Positions 23,348-24,000 of a stretch of DNA of 24,000 nt are shown piece by piece (within the stretch, counting starts at the first letter, position 1; each line of letters starts with the position of its first letter). Where the stretch lies: contig NZ_WRPP01000010.1 of NCBI RefSeq assembly GCF_009760405.1, forward strand, positions 250,711 through 274,710. The letters run 5' to 3'. The position numbers and the translations under genes are program-made. The DNA is from Nocardia terrae (GTDB lineage: Bacteria > Actinomycetota > Actinomycetes > Mycobacteriales > Mycobacteriaceae). The notes beneath the pieces are model-generated. The model was not told the origin of the DNA. It saw only the letters and a program-made list of their open reading frames with translations, and did not search any database.

Positions 23348-24000
23348 CTAGAACACGGGTCCGGGATGTGGCTTGTCCGAAGGATCGGTGTGCGGGTTGG
23401 AGCCGGTCGCGCTGGAGTCAGGAGTCGTTCCCGATTGCCCTCCCGGGCCTGTTAATTCACGGCGTCGCTGGTCGGCGAGCATCCGTGTGTAGATGACGTT
23501 GGAGAGTCGGCGTTTGAGTGCGCGCAGGGCTTCCATGGAGGTCTTGCCGCCGGTCTTGCGCAGGTCGTAGTAGACGCGTCCGGGTGTGGGGTTTCGTAGT
23601 TGAACGATGGCCATGATGTGCAGAACCCGGTTGATTTTTCGGTTGCCGGCGCGGGAGAGGCGGTGGCGTTGCTGCTCGCCCGAGGAGGCGTCCAGGGGTG
23701 CGGTGCCGTTCCAGGACGCGAACCGGTCCCGGTCACGGAATCGGTGGATGTCGCCGGTGTCGGCCAAAAGCCTTGCCGCTGAGGATGGTCCGATGCCGTG
23801 CAGGTCCATCAGGGTGGACCCGCGGTCGAGGACGAGTTGTCGCAGTTCTTTGTCCGCGGCGCGGGTTTTGCGGTCGATGGTCTCCAATTCTTCGATCATT
23901 TCCTCGACCAGCCGCCGCCGGACCCGCGACGCGGCATCGTGCGGGGCGACCTCGGCGATCAACGCGCGGGCCTGTCGAGCGGTGAGGAACACCTTGGCGC
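23348..24000 (-). mobile_element. IS110-family transposase gene, C-terminal two-thirds; continues beyond the window end
   Basis: The Transposase_20 region reads LMDLHGIGPSSAARLLADTGDIHRFRDRDRFASWNGTAPLDASSGEQQRHRLSRAGNRKINRVLHIMAIVQLR...TSMEALRALKRRLSNVIYTRML, typical of IS110/IS116/IS902. Stop codon at 23348-23350. Confidence 0.9.

Noticed and set aside
1-24000. CRISPR arrays, rRNA, tRNA and riboswitch-like leaders
   Set aside because: I saw no regularly spaced direct repeats with unique spacers. I also recognised no conserved rRNA or tRNA sequence blocks by eye.

Overview
High-GC (about 68-70%) actinobacterial chromosome. An MspA-type porin gene points to a mycolic-acid-containing genus such as Nocardia, Rhodococcus, Gordonia or Mycobacterium. 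I read the window as a mix of housekeeping and accessory genes.

**Layout, left to right**
- PucR-type regulator tail
- lipoprotein CX5R phosphatase
- HdeD/DUF308 membrane protein, translationally coupled to an alpha/beta-hydrolase-fold-3 esterase
- minus-strand three-gene RiPP-like operon (3081-5589)
- MspA-like porin, a 2-TM protein, a 780-aa secreted/membrane protein and a coupled 63-aa ORF (6829-10357)
- truncated, frameshifted IS110-family transposase remnant
- crotonase-family gene
- orphan hypothetical gene
- minus-strand operon: MFS transporter, GntR regulator, hydantoin-racemase-like, D-hydantoinase-like and maleate-isomerase-like genes, divergent from an FAH-family gene
- epoxide hydrolase
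- three small hypothetical genes, the last of SMI1/KNR4 (SUKH) immunity type
- second IS110-family transposase, running off the window

**Most interesting call.** The operon at 3081-5589 encodes an exported peptide whose C-terminus carries seven F-x-Q/E motifs. It is followed by a perfect 12-bp intergenic hairpin, a radical SAM/SPASM enzyme, and an ATGA-coupled protein with an HxD...H motif. This is consistent with an uncharacterised cyclophane-type (triceptide-like) RiPP system that uses a Sec/Tat-like signal peptide as its leader.

**Second notable signal.** An ~80-nt interspersed repeat occurs in four clear copies plus one degenerate copy, all in the same orientation and all intergenic. Its 5' hairpin keeps pairing through compensatory changes between copies. 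It sits beside the 3' ends of both IS110 copies.

No rRNA, tRNA or CRISPR array was recognised. All functional calls come from reading motifs by eye, with no database search.
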